52,838 nucleotides of DNA from a virus (lineage: Duplodnaviria > Caudoviricetes). The stretch lies in the IMG/VR virus record IMGVR_UViG_3300022074_000061, positions 1 through 52,838 of that record; one strand, given 5' to 3'. Position numbers and translations under genes: made by a program. Shown piece by piece: positions 19,276-28,161 of this stretch (position 1 is the first letter of the stretch; every line of letters begins with the position of its first letter). The notes beneath the pieces were generated by a model that did no database searches, was not told the origin of the DNA, and saw only the letters and a program-made list of their open reading frames with translations.

Positions 19276-19667
19276 TAATCTAGTTTTGTTTTGTAGTGTT
19301 CAATTATTGTATTCATCTGTCTTCTGTAAAACAACTCAAAGTCAACATATTCCATTTCTCCAGAATCTCCATTTAGTTGCTTTGGCTGTGTTTTTTCCCA
19401 CAGCTTAAACATTACAGATCTTAATCTTTGACTTACAGTCTTTTCATTAAACTCTGTGTTAGCTGTTGCTTTTTCAACCGCATCTATTTGATCTTGCGAT
19501 ATAGAATTAGTTGATACTAAAACGTAACCAGGTTTTTTTATTAGTGAAAATACTTTAACCATAGTTTCGTTTGAAAGTTCAGGTGTACCGATATATATAC
19601 GCAGACTTCCGTCTGCTAATGTACTAACTTTATCAATACCACCTTCAAAAACTACTGAATTTTTCAT
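19275..19667 (-). CDS. Conserved phage hypothetical protein
   Basis: STLADGSLRIYIGTPEL...KTVSQRLRSVMFKLW...FELFYRRQM. Confidence 0.6.
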   Translation of the reverse strand: MKNSVVFEGGIDKVSTLADGSLRIYIGTPELSNETMVKVFSLIKKPGYVLVSTNSISQDQIDAVEKATANTEFNEKTVSQRLRSVMFKLWEKTQPKQLNGDSGEMEYVDFELFYRRQMNTIIEHYKTKLD

Positions 19668-20479
19668 AGTATGTCTTCAAAATTATTAATTTCAATAGGA
19701 TGCCTTTCAAGATCATCTACCCACAATGAAATAGATGGACCAGGCCATATATCTGCATCCATACATTTTTTGTATAAATACAATTCATTATTATATATTT
19801 CTCTACCCCTGTCTAGTATATCACCATTTAGTTCAAATACATTCAAACTATAAGGTGGACTCTTTTCAATAGCCAAAATATAATATGATACGGCTCTTAC
19901 AGCATCTGTATAAAATGCTGCTTGTTTATGATACATATACTTTCTAATTGATCTTGTAAATGGTTTTAAATTACAATCTTGTGTAGTTTTTAAGTCAACA
20001 ATAATATCATTTTTATTACAATGTATATCTAGCATACCTTTACAATTTACATCATACTCATGATTATTCCAGGCTATAATTTGTTCAGGTTTGCCAATTG
20101 TTAACAAATCTTTACACAATGAATCTTGCAGTAATTTATCTGACATCATTCGTATAGTTGCAAGTTCGTTTTCTGAAAGTAAAGTTTTGAACTGATTTTT
20201 CAACATAAAATCAGCGTAGTCAAGTTTACCCTGTTTGGTTCTTTTATCTATGTTTGGTGTTACAACATAGTGTTTATCAAACTCATCAGGCTGTAATACA
20301 TACATATGAAATGCTGATCCAAACTTCATAGCAGGACTAGGAGGTTGTGAGTTGTTTAGCATGTACTGAAAATATTCAGGTGATTTGTTTGTTAAATGGC
20401 TTAACATACTATTAGATACATAGTCTGTATCATTATAATAGTTTTCATACGTTAAGTTGTGATCTGTAATTAATTTCAT
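19664..20479 (-). CDS. PD-(D/E)xK exonuclease VIII/RecE-like (DUF3799)
   Basis: SNSML, AMKFGSAFH, DKRTKQGK, CKGMLD, DLKTT, YHKQAAFY, IEKSPPY; start moved to ATG 20479. Confidence 0.85.
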   Translation of the reverse strand: MKLITDHNLTYENYYNDTDYVSNSMLSHLTNKSPEYFQYMLNNSQPPSPAMKFGSAFHMYVLQPDEFDKHYVVTPNIDKRTKQGKLDYADFMLKNQFKTLLSENELATIRMMSDKLLQDSLCKDLLTIGKPEQIIAWNNHEYDVNCKGMLDIHCNKNDIIVDLKTTQDCNLKPFTRSIRKYMYHKQAAFYTDAVRAVSYYILAIEKSPPYSLNVFELNGDILDRGREIYNNELYLYKKCMDADIWPGPSISLWVDDLERHPIEINNFEDIL

Positions 20480-20490
20480 ATTCTGTTTGT

Positions 20491-20569
20491 AAAACACCAA
20501 GAGACTCCCAGAAGGGAGCTCTTAGTGCAAACAAAACAAAAACCATGGTGAACACGGAAAGAGAAAGTA
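20491..20569 (-). ncRNA. Candidate ~75-nt small RNA (own promoter, U-rich body, terminator hairpin)
   Basis: TACTTTTG at 20573-20580(-), then ...caccatggtttttgttttgttt..., then hairpin cactaagag-ctccc ttct gggag-t-ctcttggtg followed by TTTT. Confidence 0.5.
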
Positions 20570-20572
20570 CTA

Positions 20573-20580
20573 CAAAAGTA
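20573..20580 (-). promoter_or_regulatory. -7 element TACTTTTG
   Basis: TAnnTTTG on the minus strand, intergenic. Confidence 0.65.
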
Positions 20581-20586
20581 ATGATT

Positions 20587-20892
20587 TTATTCTTTGGTCT
20601 CTACTTTTTTCTCTGATTTGTTTTGCTTGTCTATATTAATCATTCTTTCTATAATTTGTTCTGCATTTGGTATCTGCATGCAGTATTTATAAAGAGTCTT
20701 TTTAAATTGATTAATCTCTTTAGTTGAAGCTGATTTATTATACACAACATGTGCCCATGAAAGCAGTGACACTTCATGATTTTGTAAAGCTTCTTTAAGT
20801 ATTTTCATAGTATCAGCTACTACAGGATTTACTTTAAAATTCCTTCCATCAATTTTGATTTCAGTTTTTTTTATTTTCATTTTACGTTTCAT
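20587..20892 (-). CDS. Hypothetical protein
   Basis: 101 aa ORF in the minus-strand operon. Confidence 0.55.
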   Translation of the reverse strand: MKRKMKIKKTEIKIDGRNFKVNPVVADTMKILKEALQNHEVSLLSWAHVVYNKSASTKEINQFKKTLYKYCMQIPNAEQIIERMINIDKQNKSEKKVETKE

Positions 20893-21094
20893 ATTTATAT
20901 TCTACTAGTAAGACTTCTTCTTTTATTGTCATTATGGCTTGTATTTTGCCAGTCAACAAAAAATATTGTTTACCATACTTAGGAACTTGATTAAGTTCTT
21001 TTTGGTATTGTTCTATTTTATAATCTAATTTTTTATGAATCCGCTCTATAAATTTATTGCGCGGTTCAAAATATATTTCATCTGATAATTTCAT
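20882..21094 (-). CDS. Hypothetical protein
   Basis: 70 aa ORF with ATGA coupling. Confidence 0.55.
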   Translation of the reverse strand: MKLSDEIYFEPRNKFIERIHKKLDYKIEQYQKELNQVPKYGKQYFLLTGKIQAIMTIKEEVLLVEYKYET

Positions 21095-21456
21095 AATACT
21101 GATATATATACTCCTGCATTATTTTTATCATAGCCATATTCTTCAAATATAGGTATGATAATATTGCAGTTATCATCTTCAAGATATTCATATTTTACCA
21201 TAAGATCATGGACAGTTTGACAAGGGTTTATGTAATCAAACCTACGTTTACTATTTCTAATAAACTTTAAACTAATCTTATAAGGTATATCCTTGTCTTT
21301 GATTATATTTTGAAATTTAAATTTATTTACTAACCACTGATCTTTAGTATTTTTAATATACTTTGATACAGTTTTTGAATTAACAAAATACTTTCCTGTC
21401 CATATTTTACTGTTTTTTGAGGATGGTACATTTCCTGCTATAAATATTTTATCCAT
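21091..21456 (-). CDS. RusA-like Holliday junction resolvase
   Basis: GNVPSSKNS, RRFDYIN, DLMVKYEYLEDDN; start moved to ATG 21456. Confidence 0.7.
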   Translation of the reverse strand: MDKIFIAGNVPSSKNSKIWTGKYFVNSKTVSKYIKNTKDQWLVNKFKFQNIIKDKDIPYKISLKFIRNSKRRFDYINPCQTVHDLMVKYEYLEDDNCNIIIPIFEEYGYDKNNAGVYISVL

Positions 21457-21460
21457 GCAG

Positions 21461-21468
21461 CAAATGTA
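21461..21468 (-). promoter_or_regulatory. -7 element TACATTTG (probably leaderless mRNA)
   Basis: Only 4 nt between the element and ATG 21456. Confidence 0.6.
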
Positions 21469-21488
21469 ATAAAAAACAAAGAGTTGCA

Positions 21489-21596
21489 CCCAAGGGGAAT
21501 TTGGCGCACTTAAGTCTTAAAGAATAAATAAAAGGGTTGTTTATCAATGTATGTTACCATACAATTTATTTATTTATTCTACCTGATACCCTTGGG
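21489..21596 (-). ncRNA. Candidate structured RNA with three nested stems
   Basis: cccaaggg/cccttggg (8 bp), agaataaataaa/tttatttattct (12 bp), tgtatg-GTAA-cataca (GNRA loop on the minus strand). Confidence 0.5.
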
Positions 21597-21607
21597 ATTT
21601 GTTATCT

Positions 21608-22189
21608 CTAGAATGGAAGATCATCATCTACTTCATGACCAACATAATCGCTGTTAGCATTAGATGACCAATCTTTATGTTTTTGTGAAAACTCAGATTT
21701 TTGATCTTGTGTTAGTTTTTTATTCATATCTGGTGTATATGTACAATTACCACCTTCTTTAGATGACCACCTATATCTGACTGATTCTCTTATCACGGGT
21801 TCATCAGTGTCTCTGTTTACACTAATATACTGTTCAGATATAAATGCTACCATCAAAGACTTACCAATAGAAGAATTCATAGCTGTGCTGTCATCAGAAA
21901 AATCTTTGACACCTGCATTGACTAAGAAGTCTTTTATTTGTTTGGTTTTCCATTCCATAGTGGATGGTTTGTCTGTTTCTTTTACAGCCCAAAATCTACA
22001 TCTACCAACTTTGTTATTACTACTAACATTGAAATCTATAAATGGAGATCCATTATAGTTATCTAAATTGTCAGAAGTAGATATACTAGTAATTGTACAT
22101 AAATGTGCACCAGGTTTTATATATTCAACTTTTTCACCTTTAGTATAGGTTTGTTTAGTTGTGTTTAAATTAAAGGGTAATACTTTCAT
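21608..22189 (-). CDS. Putative single-stranded DNA-binding protein
   Basis: OB-like beta N-terminus, acidic DDDLPF C-terminal tail, near the annealase gene. Confidence 0.65.
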   Translation of the reverse strand: MKVLPFNLNTTKQTYTKGEKVEYIKPGAHLCTITSISTSDNLDNYNGSPFIDFNVSSNNKVGRCRFWAVKETDKPSTMEWKTKQIKDFLVNAGVKDFSDDSTAMNSSIGKSLMVAFISEQYISVNRDTDEPVIRESVRYRWSSKEGGNCTYTPDMNKKLTQDQKSEFSQKHKDWSSNANSDYVGHEVDDDLPF

Positions 22190-22370
22190 TTATAATATTT
22201 TTTAAGTGTCCTAATTTTTCAATTAGTGCTATATACTTCAATTTATAAGTCTCATTGTTTTTTCGTAATCTTGCATTTTCTTGTTTTAAGGTTTGCAATT
22301 GTTCAATAAGTTCTTCTTTATTTTCTTCAACAGGTATGTTGATACTATTTTTTGGTATATAAGTTTCCAT
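22170..22370 (-). CDS. Coiled-coil hypothetical protein
   Basis: LIEQLQTLKQENARLRKNNE. Confidence 0.55.
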   Translation of the reverse strand: METYIPKNSINIPVEENKEELIEQLQTLKQENARLRKNNETYKLKYIALIEKLGHLKNIINESITL

Positions 22371-22372
22371 AA

Positions 22373-22834
22373 TTAATTATTTTTAATTTTCCAATTTATA
22401 TATTTTGTAAGTGTATCACCGTCAAAAATGATTTTATCTTTTTCAGGAGCATAGGGATATTCTTTTCCTTTCCATTGTTTTGTGGTAAGTGTTTGTATTG
22501 TTAGTCTATACAAAAATCTACCTATACCCCATGATACACATGCACGCTTAAATGCATCTGATACGTGACCTTTGTCTTTTTCTACATTAGACTCTGATCC
22601 TGTATCTGATTTCCATATCCAAATGTTTTCATTACAAAGAATACCTACTTTACAAAACAGTAAACCATTTTCTTCGTAGAATACACTTTGCCATTTGTCA
22701 GGACCTACCACTTCATCAAGTAGATCTTGACAGTCTCTTGCATCAATATATGCGACACAAGTAGCTTTACCAAATCTAATAGATTGTACTCTCCATTTAT
22801 ATGGTAATTCTTTTTTAAGATCGTTTAAATTCAT
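22373..22834 (-). CDS. Rad52/22-family (Sak-like) single-strand annealing protein
   Basis: WRVQ, AYIDAR, LLDEVVG, WKSDTG, EKDKGHVSDAFKRACVSWGIGRFLY. Confidence 0.85.
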   Translation of the reverse strand: MNLNDLKKELPYKWRVQSIRFGKATCVAYIDARDCQDLLDEVVGPDKWQSVFYEENGLLFCKVGILCNENIWIWKSDTGSESNVEKDKGHVSDAFKRACVSWGIGRFLYRLTIQTLTTKQWKGKEYPYAPEKDKIIFDGDTLTKYINWKIKNN

Positions 22835-23032
22835 TTAAATCTTTTTTTTTGCAATTACAAATTTGATAAACCTGCGTATCATTACAGGCTTACCCTTTAA
22901 CAATAGTAGTAAAGCAATCTCTTTGAACGCAATTACTAATATTTTTTTTACAAGTGTTTGATTTATATTAAGATCATGTGCTATCTCAGCAACAATATCT
23001 TTTAGCTTTGATACTTTCTTTTTCTCCTCCAT
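22835..23032 (-). CDS. Short HU/IHF-like protein
   Basis: KDIVAEIAHDLNINQTLVKKIL...LKGKPVMIRRFIKF; lacks the distal arm. Confidence 0.6.
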   Translation of the reverse strand: MEEKKKVSKLKDIVAEIAHDLNINQTLVKKILVIAFKEIALLLLLKGKPVMIRRFIKFVIAKKKI

Positions 23033-23039
23033 GTGGAGG

Positions 23040-23047
23040 CAAATATA
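23040..23047 (-). promoter_or_regulatory. -7 element TATATTTG
   Basis: 7 nt before ATG 23032. Confidence 0.65.
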
Positions 23048-23052
23048 GTAAA

Positions 23053-23208
23053 TTATTTTCTATTATCAAAATAGCAAACAGTTAAATACATTAGAACCAT
23101 TATGGTTGCAGTAAGTATAAAAGCAAATATGTAAGGCATAATAGTAATTACAATTACATATAATACAACAAAAACTGTAAACGGATAACGCGTTATTATA
23201 TTATGCAT
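23053..23208 (-). CDS. 51-aa hydrophobic membrane protein (not in ORF track)
   Basis: MHNIITRYPFTVFVVLYVIVITIMPYIFAFILTATIMVLMYLTVCYFDNRK; overlaps the dnaB stop. Confidence 0.55.
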   Translation of the reverse strand: MHNIITRYPFTVFVVLYVIVITIMPYIFAFILTATIMVLMYLTVCYFDNRK

Positions 23209-24484
23209 AGTCTATAAATTTTGTTATGTGGCTTTTGAATCTAAGTCTTACTTCACCAACACCAATATTTCTACCTTTTGCAAAAATAATATTTGCATTA
23301 CTTTTTGTAGTATTACCATCATCATCAAACTCAATACCATAATATTCAGGACGATATATTAACATAACAACATCAGCTGCTTGTTCTATTTCACCTGATT
23401 CACGTAAATCAGATAGTGTAGGCTTGCTGTTATTACGCATACCAACGCCACGATTAAGTTGACTAAGAGCAATAATTGTAATATCAAGTTCTTTAGCAAG
23501 ATTTTTTAGTGATCTTGCTACCTGACTTACTTCTTGCTCACGAGTTGTTGATTTAGTTTTATATGATACTAGTTGTAAGTAATCTACCAAAACTAATTTT
23601 ACTTGTTTATCTTTTACATAATCTTTGATTCTTGTGATAAGATATCCAAGAGATGTAATATTAGCTTCATCAATATGTAATGGTGTATTTTGTATAGTGC
23701 CTACAGCATGATGTATTTGTTTCATGTCATCATTACTAATTGTACCATTTGTGATATAGCTATTGTTTATTTCTGATTCCATAGATGTTAATCTACGTAT
23801 CAGTTGTATGGCACTCATTTCATATGAAAATATAACAGTGCTAGTGTTACTTTGTTTTGCTGCATTATATGCAAGTGCTAGTGCAAAACTAGTTTTACCC
23901 ATGGATGACGCACCACCTACAATTATTAAATCTGTAGATTGCCACCCACCAGTAAAAGTATCTATGTCTTTAAATCCTGAGGCTATACCAAGTAAACCAT
24001 CCGTATTCATTCTAGTTTCTGTATCTTGTAAGAAACCAGTAATTTGTTTTGATATACTTGGTAGTTGTTCAGGAGTTTTTATAGATAGTTTTGATACTTG
24101 TGTATTAACATAATCTACAAGTGGTTCAATATCTTCTCCTTCTGATAATTTATTATTAATATCATTTACCAGAGCTGCTAAAGTTTTTTTGTGATAATTT
24201 TCTGTTAGCGAAGCTATACAATTTGTAATCTTAACAGGAGAATATCCTACATCTAACATATGTGCTAGATTATAGGATATGTTTTCACCTTTAACAATTT
24301 TAGATAAAGATACAATATCAATATCTTTGTTGTTATCTTTAAGTTTACATATAGCTACGTAAGTAGAAATATTCAAAGGAAATGTAAATAAATCCTTGTG
24401 AATTAAATCACCATATTTATCTAATAGCTCTGGGCTAATAATTAATTTACCAAGGAGAATCTGTTCAATGTCATATAACTCCAT
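23201..24484 (-). CDS. dnaB: Replicative DNA helicase, DnaB family
   Basis: GGASSMGKT, FSYEMS, VDYLQL, LSQLNR, PTLSDLRESGEIEQAADVV, KGRNIG. Confidence 0.95.
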   Translation of the reverse strand: MELYDIEQILLGKLIISPELLDKYGDLIHKDLFTFPLNISTYVAICKLKDNNKDIDIVSLSKIVKGENISYNLAHMLDVGYSPVKITNCIASLTENYHKKTLAALVNDINNKLSEGEDIEPLVDYVNTQVSKLSIKTPEQLPSISKQITGFLQDTETRMNTDGLLGIASGFKDIDTFTGGWQSTDLIIVGGASSMGKTSFALALAYNAAKQSNTSTVIFSYEMSAIQLIRRLTSMESEINNSYITNGTISNDDMKQIHHAVGTIQNTPLHIDEANITSLGYLITRIKDYVKDKQVKLVLVDYLQLVSYKTKSTTREQEVSQVARSLKNLAKELDITIIALSQLNRGVGMRNNSKPTLSDLRESGEIEQAADVVMLIYRPEYYGIEFDDDGNTTKSNANIIFAKGRNIGVGEVRLRFKSHITKFIDYA

Positions 24485-24498
24485 GATCGTTGTTTTTG

Positions 24499-24506
24499 CA
24501 AATATA
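24499..24506 (-). promoter_or_regulatory. -7 element TATATTTG for dnaB
   Basis: 14 nt before ATG 24484. Confidence 0.7.
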
Positions 24507-24507
24507 A

Positions 24508-24699
24508 TTATTTAATTATAACTTCATTTTTTGTTAACATCCACTGACAACAGTTTAGTGAATGTCCATTATTACATATAAATACCTCTACTGTATCATT
24601 ACAATATTCATATGGCAAAGTATAGATAAATGTAATATTTTTACGAAAATCAAGTATAACTAATTTATTCACAGAAACATTTACATCACTGGAATGCAT
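24508..24699 (-). CDS. Hypothetical protein
   Basis: 63 aa ORF, start uncertain. Confidence 0.4.
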   Translation of the reverse strand: MHSSDVNVSVNKLVILDFRKNITFIYTLPYEYCNDTVEVFICNNGHSLNCCQWMLTKNEVIIK

Positions 24700-24926
24700 G
24701 GCAAATCTTTATAAGTTGTGAACATAGCGCCACCATCATTACCTTCATCATCCATAGTTGGATAAATCCAGTGACCATCATCTAGTTTTATTGCTAGTGG
24801 TGATTTATGCCACATAAACTCTTCTAATTCTGGATCAAGAAGATACTCTACATTTATAATTTTTCTGCCAATCAAATGATCTGCAGCTTTTTTTGTCCAA
24901 TATTTAGTTGGGTTTTTAATTTCCAT
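24681..24926 (-). CDS. Conserved phage hypothetical protein (DDEGNDGGA motif)
   Basis: LIGRKIINVEY...LDDG...PTMDDEGNDGGAMF; start moved to ATG 24926. Confidence 0.65.
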   Translation of the reverse strand: MEIKNPTKYWTKKAADHLIGRKIINVEYLLDPELEEFMWHKSPLAIKLDDGHWIYPTMDDEGNDGGAMFTTYKDLPCIPVM

Positions 24927-24927
24927 A

Positions 24928-25788
24928 TTAATTATTTTTAAGATATTCAAAAGCTTTATTATTCATTTTACTACATGCACCTACAAGTATAGATTCTTGT
25001 TGTCCATAGGTACGTTTGGGAGCTGATTTATGATGTGTTGTAAATTGTGTTACACCATTAAACAAGCCCCATTTGTTATGACCTATTCTGTACATTTCAA
25101 TTTGAATACACTGTTCAAGTTTTTCACGTTGATTTTTTAGTCTTGATGACATTTTATCTAAACGATCAGTGTTTATTAAGTAGTTTACTGTATCTTCTAT
25201 TAGTTGTTTTGTTACATTTTGTGTAGCAAAATCATGAAGATCAGCTATTTTACTATCATGATCTGTAAAATTGATCATTCCAGATAATAAACCTACTTTA
25301 TCTTGTATAGACTTAGTGTGTCTATAACTTGCAAAAGCATTGCTTGACATCCAAGCAAACTGATTTTGACAGAACATAACTTTATTCATAAATCCAAATT
25401 TTAATGAACAAGTACCATCATGACTATTCATAGCATATATATATTCTTGTGTTCTTTCACCACCAATAAGCGTAATGTTATTAGACCTTTGCATTTGAAC
25501 AACAATTTTTCTACCACCATGCAATGATAATGCTTTTACAATTTCAAGTTGATTGTCTTGTGCAATATTTCGCATAGTTTCTATAATAGTATAGTTTTGT
25601 GTAGGTGTATAAGATTTTGATACACTATTTAATACTTCACCATTGTCTGATCTAACAAGTGCATAGTATGGTGTATCGTGTAATCCATTGTTTGCTTGAG
25701 GAGTGCATTGTCCTGCGTACATTAATGGTTTTTTAACGACCTCCCAATCAAGATCGTTTTGTTGTAATATAGTTTCTGTATTAAGCAT
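24928..25788 (-). CDS. DUF932/DUF945-family protein
   Basis: LDWEVVKKPL, VRSDNGEVL, YTPTQN, NSHDGT, FCQNQ, RHT, WGLFNGVTQFTTH. Confidence 0.8.
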   Translation of the reverse strand: MLNTETILQQNDLDWEVVKKPLMYAGQCTPQANNGLHDTPYYALVRSDNGEVLNSVSKSYTPTQNYTIIETMRNIAQDNQLEIVKALSLHGGRKIVVQMQRSNNITLIGGERTQEYIYAMNSHDGTCSLKFGFMNKVMFCQNQFAWMSSNAFASYRHTKSIQDKVGLLSGMINFTDHDSKIADLHDFATQNVTKQLIEDTVNYLINTDRLDKMSSRLKNQREKLEQCIQIEMYRIGHNKWGLFNGVTQFTTHHKSAPKRTYGQQESILVGACSKMNNKAFEYLKNN

Positions 25789-26188
25789 ATTCTTTAGTAT
25801 TAATTTTTTCAATTAGTTCAGCTGATGTGCCATTAAATATAATTTTATCATTCCAATCTTTAACATCAATATTTAATTGATTGTCAATTAGTGATATTGT
25901 ATATATAAACTCTTCTCCAACATCTTTTGTATTAGTTGGATATAAATATATATTACCAATACCATCTTTAAAGTATGCAACTAGCTGTGCAGCTAAACAT
26001 GACATACCATTTGCAGAGCGAGCAGGAGTTATATTACTATAACCATTAACAACATTAAAGTCTTGTAAAAATTCTGCTAGTTCTTTACCATGACCACTTA
26101 AATAGCCATCATACTGACGATACATGCATATAATATTATTATTTTTATCGTATTCGTCTTTTATAAAGGTTAAACTTCTTGTACCCAT
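25781..26188 (-). CDS. Conserved phage hypothetical protein (MGTR...YRQYDGY)
   Basis: MGTRSLT, YRQYDGYLSGHG, NGMSCLAAQLVAYFK. Confidence 0.65.
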   Translation of the reverse strand: MGTRSLTFIKDEYDKNNNIICMYRQYDGYLSGHGKELAEFLQDFNVVNGYSNITPARSANGMSCLAAQLVAYFKDGIGNIYLYPTNTKDVGEEFIYTISLIDNQLNIDVKDWNDKIIFNGTSAELIEKINTKEYA

Positions 26189-26190
26189 AA

Positions 26191-26409
26191 TTATTTAATT
26201 TTATTTAGTATTAATTCGTTAATTTCCCATTGTTCATGATCTATGTCCATTTGTTCTAATTCTTTTTCTGCTATTAGATCCCAAATTGAATCATCTCCAG
26301 ATAATATTTTTTCATTTATTAATGTTTTATGATTTCTGCCATCATCTGGAAATTTTAATGTTACACGCGTAGTGTATTCTCTAATTACTTTAACTTCATA
26401 TTCTTTCAT
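26191..26409 (-). CDS. Hypothetical protein
   Basis: 72 aa coupled ORF. Confidence 0.55.
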   Translation of the reverse strand: MKEYEVKVIREYTTRVTLKFPDDGRNHKTLINEKILSGDDSIWDLIAEKELEQMDIDHEQWEINELILNKIK

Positions 26410-26669
26410 AGTTCTAATTTGATTTGTGTTTTATTAGGCATCCATTCGTAGTAGTAAAGAACATATGTTTTATTACGTCCAAATTTGTCTTGAAAAGACT
26501 TTTTACCTAATAAAGGTGTATTATTATTTATTATCATTTTTTCATCAGCGTACTGAACTTGTACACTGTTTTCTTTGACATTATGTGGTATACCAACCAG
26601 TGTCATCCCAGATAAACTGGGATTAATTTTATAACCACTGATTAGTTTTTTTATCAAATATTGTTTCAT
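26406..26669 (-). CDS. Hypothetical protein
   Basis: 87 aa coupled ORF. Confidence 0.55.
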   Translation of the reverse strand: MKQYLIKKLISGYKINPSLSGMTLVGIPHNVKENSVQVQYADEKMIINNNTPLLGKKSFQDKFGRNKTYVLYYYEWMPNKTQIKLEL

Positions 26670-26914
26670 CTTTGTATAACATTGATGTTTTTGTTTCTAT
26701 CAACATGTTGTATTGATTTTAATTTATCCCAATGAGATGTTTCTTGTTTGACAACATTATAACAGTCTTTTATTAATTCTTGTCTTTGCGTCTCAATATC
26801 TCTGCTAGGATCAACACTAACACTCTGACCATAATTGATTTTAATAGCTTCAAAGTTTCCGATGTTTATAGTTTTACTTACGTTAAATGATATAGTTTCA
26901 ATATTATTGTTCAT
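26666..26914 (-). CDS. Hypothetical protein (TINIGNFEAIKI motif)
   Basis: Start moved to ATG 26914 to avoid a long overlap. Confidence 0.6.
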   Translation of the reverse strand: MNNNIETISFNVSKTINIGNFEAIKINYGQSVSVDPSRDIETQRQELIKDCYNVVKQETSHWDKLKSIQHVDRNKNINVIQR

Positions 26915-27455
26915 AATTAGGTTTATAGTTAGGATTTTTTTTAATTTCATCTGCACGTACCGAAACAGTTTCTGTTTCACATCCACATATTGTGCAATAA
27001 TAATCGTATGTAGGATTATCCCAATCAATCTCTGCGTGACAACATTCAGATGCTGACTCAATCTGCCAAGATTGATTGTCCCGTACTTTATTGTGTTGTA
27101 TTTCTAAAATACCTGCAAAACACATACCTGTTTCTTCGTATTGTAATGTAAAATAAAGTTTAGGAAACATGTGTACAATATTTTCTAACCATGATATTGG
27201 TGGCGACCAAGCGCTATCAAAAGTTACAGCAAAATATTCTTTATTATTATTTTCAATATTTGGTTCACATGCATCCCATTTAGTACCCCAGTTTCCTAAA
27301 GACCAGTCGTACCAGTCTTTACGATCACCACGTGGTAGAGTACCTTCAAATGAAAACTCTGTTTCTTTACGAGCATTCATTGATTTTTCTACAAATTCTT
27401 GTAGTTCTTTTTCATCACCTGTTACTGTTAGGTTATTCCAGCACCAATTTGGCAT
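26904..27455 (-). CDS. DUF1281/YubB ferredoxin-like (Api92-like) protein with C-terminal Zn-ribbon
   Basis: MPNWCWN, WYDWSLGNWGTKWD, FDSAWSPP, YEETG; SECC...CTIC. Confidence 0.75.
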   Translation of the reverse strand: MPNWCWNNLTVTGDEKELQEFVEKSMNARKETEFSFEGTLPRGDRKDWYDWSLGNWGTKWDACEPNIENNNKEYFAVTFDSAWSPPISWLENIVHMFPKLYFTLQYEETGMCFAGILEIQHNKVRDNQSWQIESASECCHAEIDWDNPTYDYYCTICGCETETVSVRADEIKKNPNYKPNYEQ

Positions 27456-27457
27456 AA

Positions 27458-27715
27458 TTATTTATTTAAGTTTATATCTTTTGTTATACAGTACGAGTAT
27501 TTATCTCCACAATCTTCATCATATTCTACTTGTTCTGTTACTTTTATATACATGTCTTTTTCATGTATTGCTATAATATTATTTAATAGTTGATAATCTA
27601 TTTTATCCCAATATCCAAAACGAAACATTAGGTCATTATTACCATAAGTCTGAATTATAAAATTTTTATTGAATGCAAATCTGATGGTTGTAAGGGTGCT
27701 ATCGTGTATTTTCAT
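27458..27715 (-). CDS. Hypothetical protein
   Basis: 85 aa ORF. Confidence 0.55.
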   Translation of the reverse strand: MKIHDSTLTTIRFAFNKNFIIQTYGNNDLMFRFGYWDKIDYQLLNNIIAIHEKDMYIKVTEQVEYDEDCGDKYSYCITKDINLNK

Positions 27716-27729
27716 ATTTATAATTTTAG

Positions 27730-27770
27730 AAAAAAAAGGGCAGTGTTCGTACGACTAAGACCGCCCTTTT
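27730..27770 (-). terminator. Intrinsic terminator (possibly bidirectional)
   Basis: aaaagggc...gccctttt stem with T8 on the minus strand; second stem at 27774-27810. Confidence 0.65.
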
Positions 27771-27810
27771 AACTACTAAAGGTCCACTAAGAAGTTTTAT
27801 CCTTTTAGTA

Positions 27811-28149
27811 TTATGCAGACACAATAGAACCTATTGTATTCCTTTTGTGTCTTTTGTTAAACTTATTTACCACTACAAAATATCTTTTGATATAAGCTTT
27901 TTTGAAAACCTTGTAAGAAAAGTTTAGATTAGATATATACTTTTGAAATAGTTTATATTTACTTTTCTTAAATTTTTCTGATGTGCCATCCAGAAATGTA
28001 ATAACTAGATTTTTGTAGTCTACACTTTTAATAATACAATCAGCATTATTTTTTCTGAATGAAGCATGAGCCATGTCATATGGTGTAGCTTGTCTTTGTT
28101 TCATTTGCTTATGTAATTGTTTGAGGTATTGAGAAGATATTTCTTGCAT
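27811..28149 (-). CDS. Hypothetical basic early protein
   Basis: 112 aa ORF. Confidence 0.6.
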   Translation of the reverse strand: MQEISSQYLKQLHKQMKQRQATPYDMAHASFRKNNADCIIKSVDYKNLVITFLDGTSEKFKKSKYKLFQKYISNLNFSYKVFKKAYIKRYFVVVNKFNKRHKRNTIGSIVSA

Positions 28150-28161
28150 AGTAATAGTTTT

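Noticed and set aside
20545-20616. Plus-strand 23-aa ORF MVNTERESTTKVMILFFGLYFFL as a type I toxin opposite the candidate sRNA
   Set aside because: Its hydrophobic part is just the antisense of a K/E-rich gene end, and no plus-strand promoter was seen
22835-22852. A_AAA_AAG slippery site at the end of the HU-like gene
   Set aside because: The -1 frame adds only about 8 residues (DLNEFKRS), no stimulatory structure is seen, and A-runs are common here
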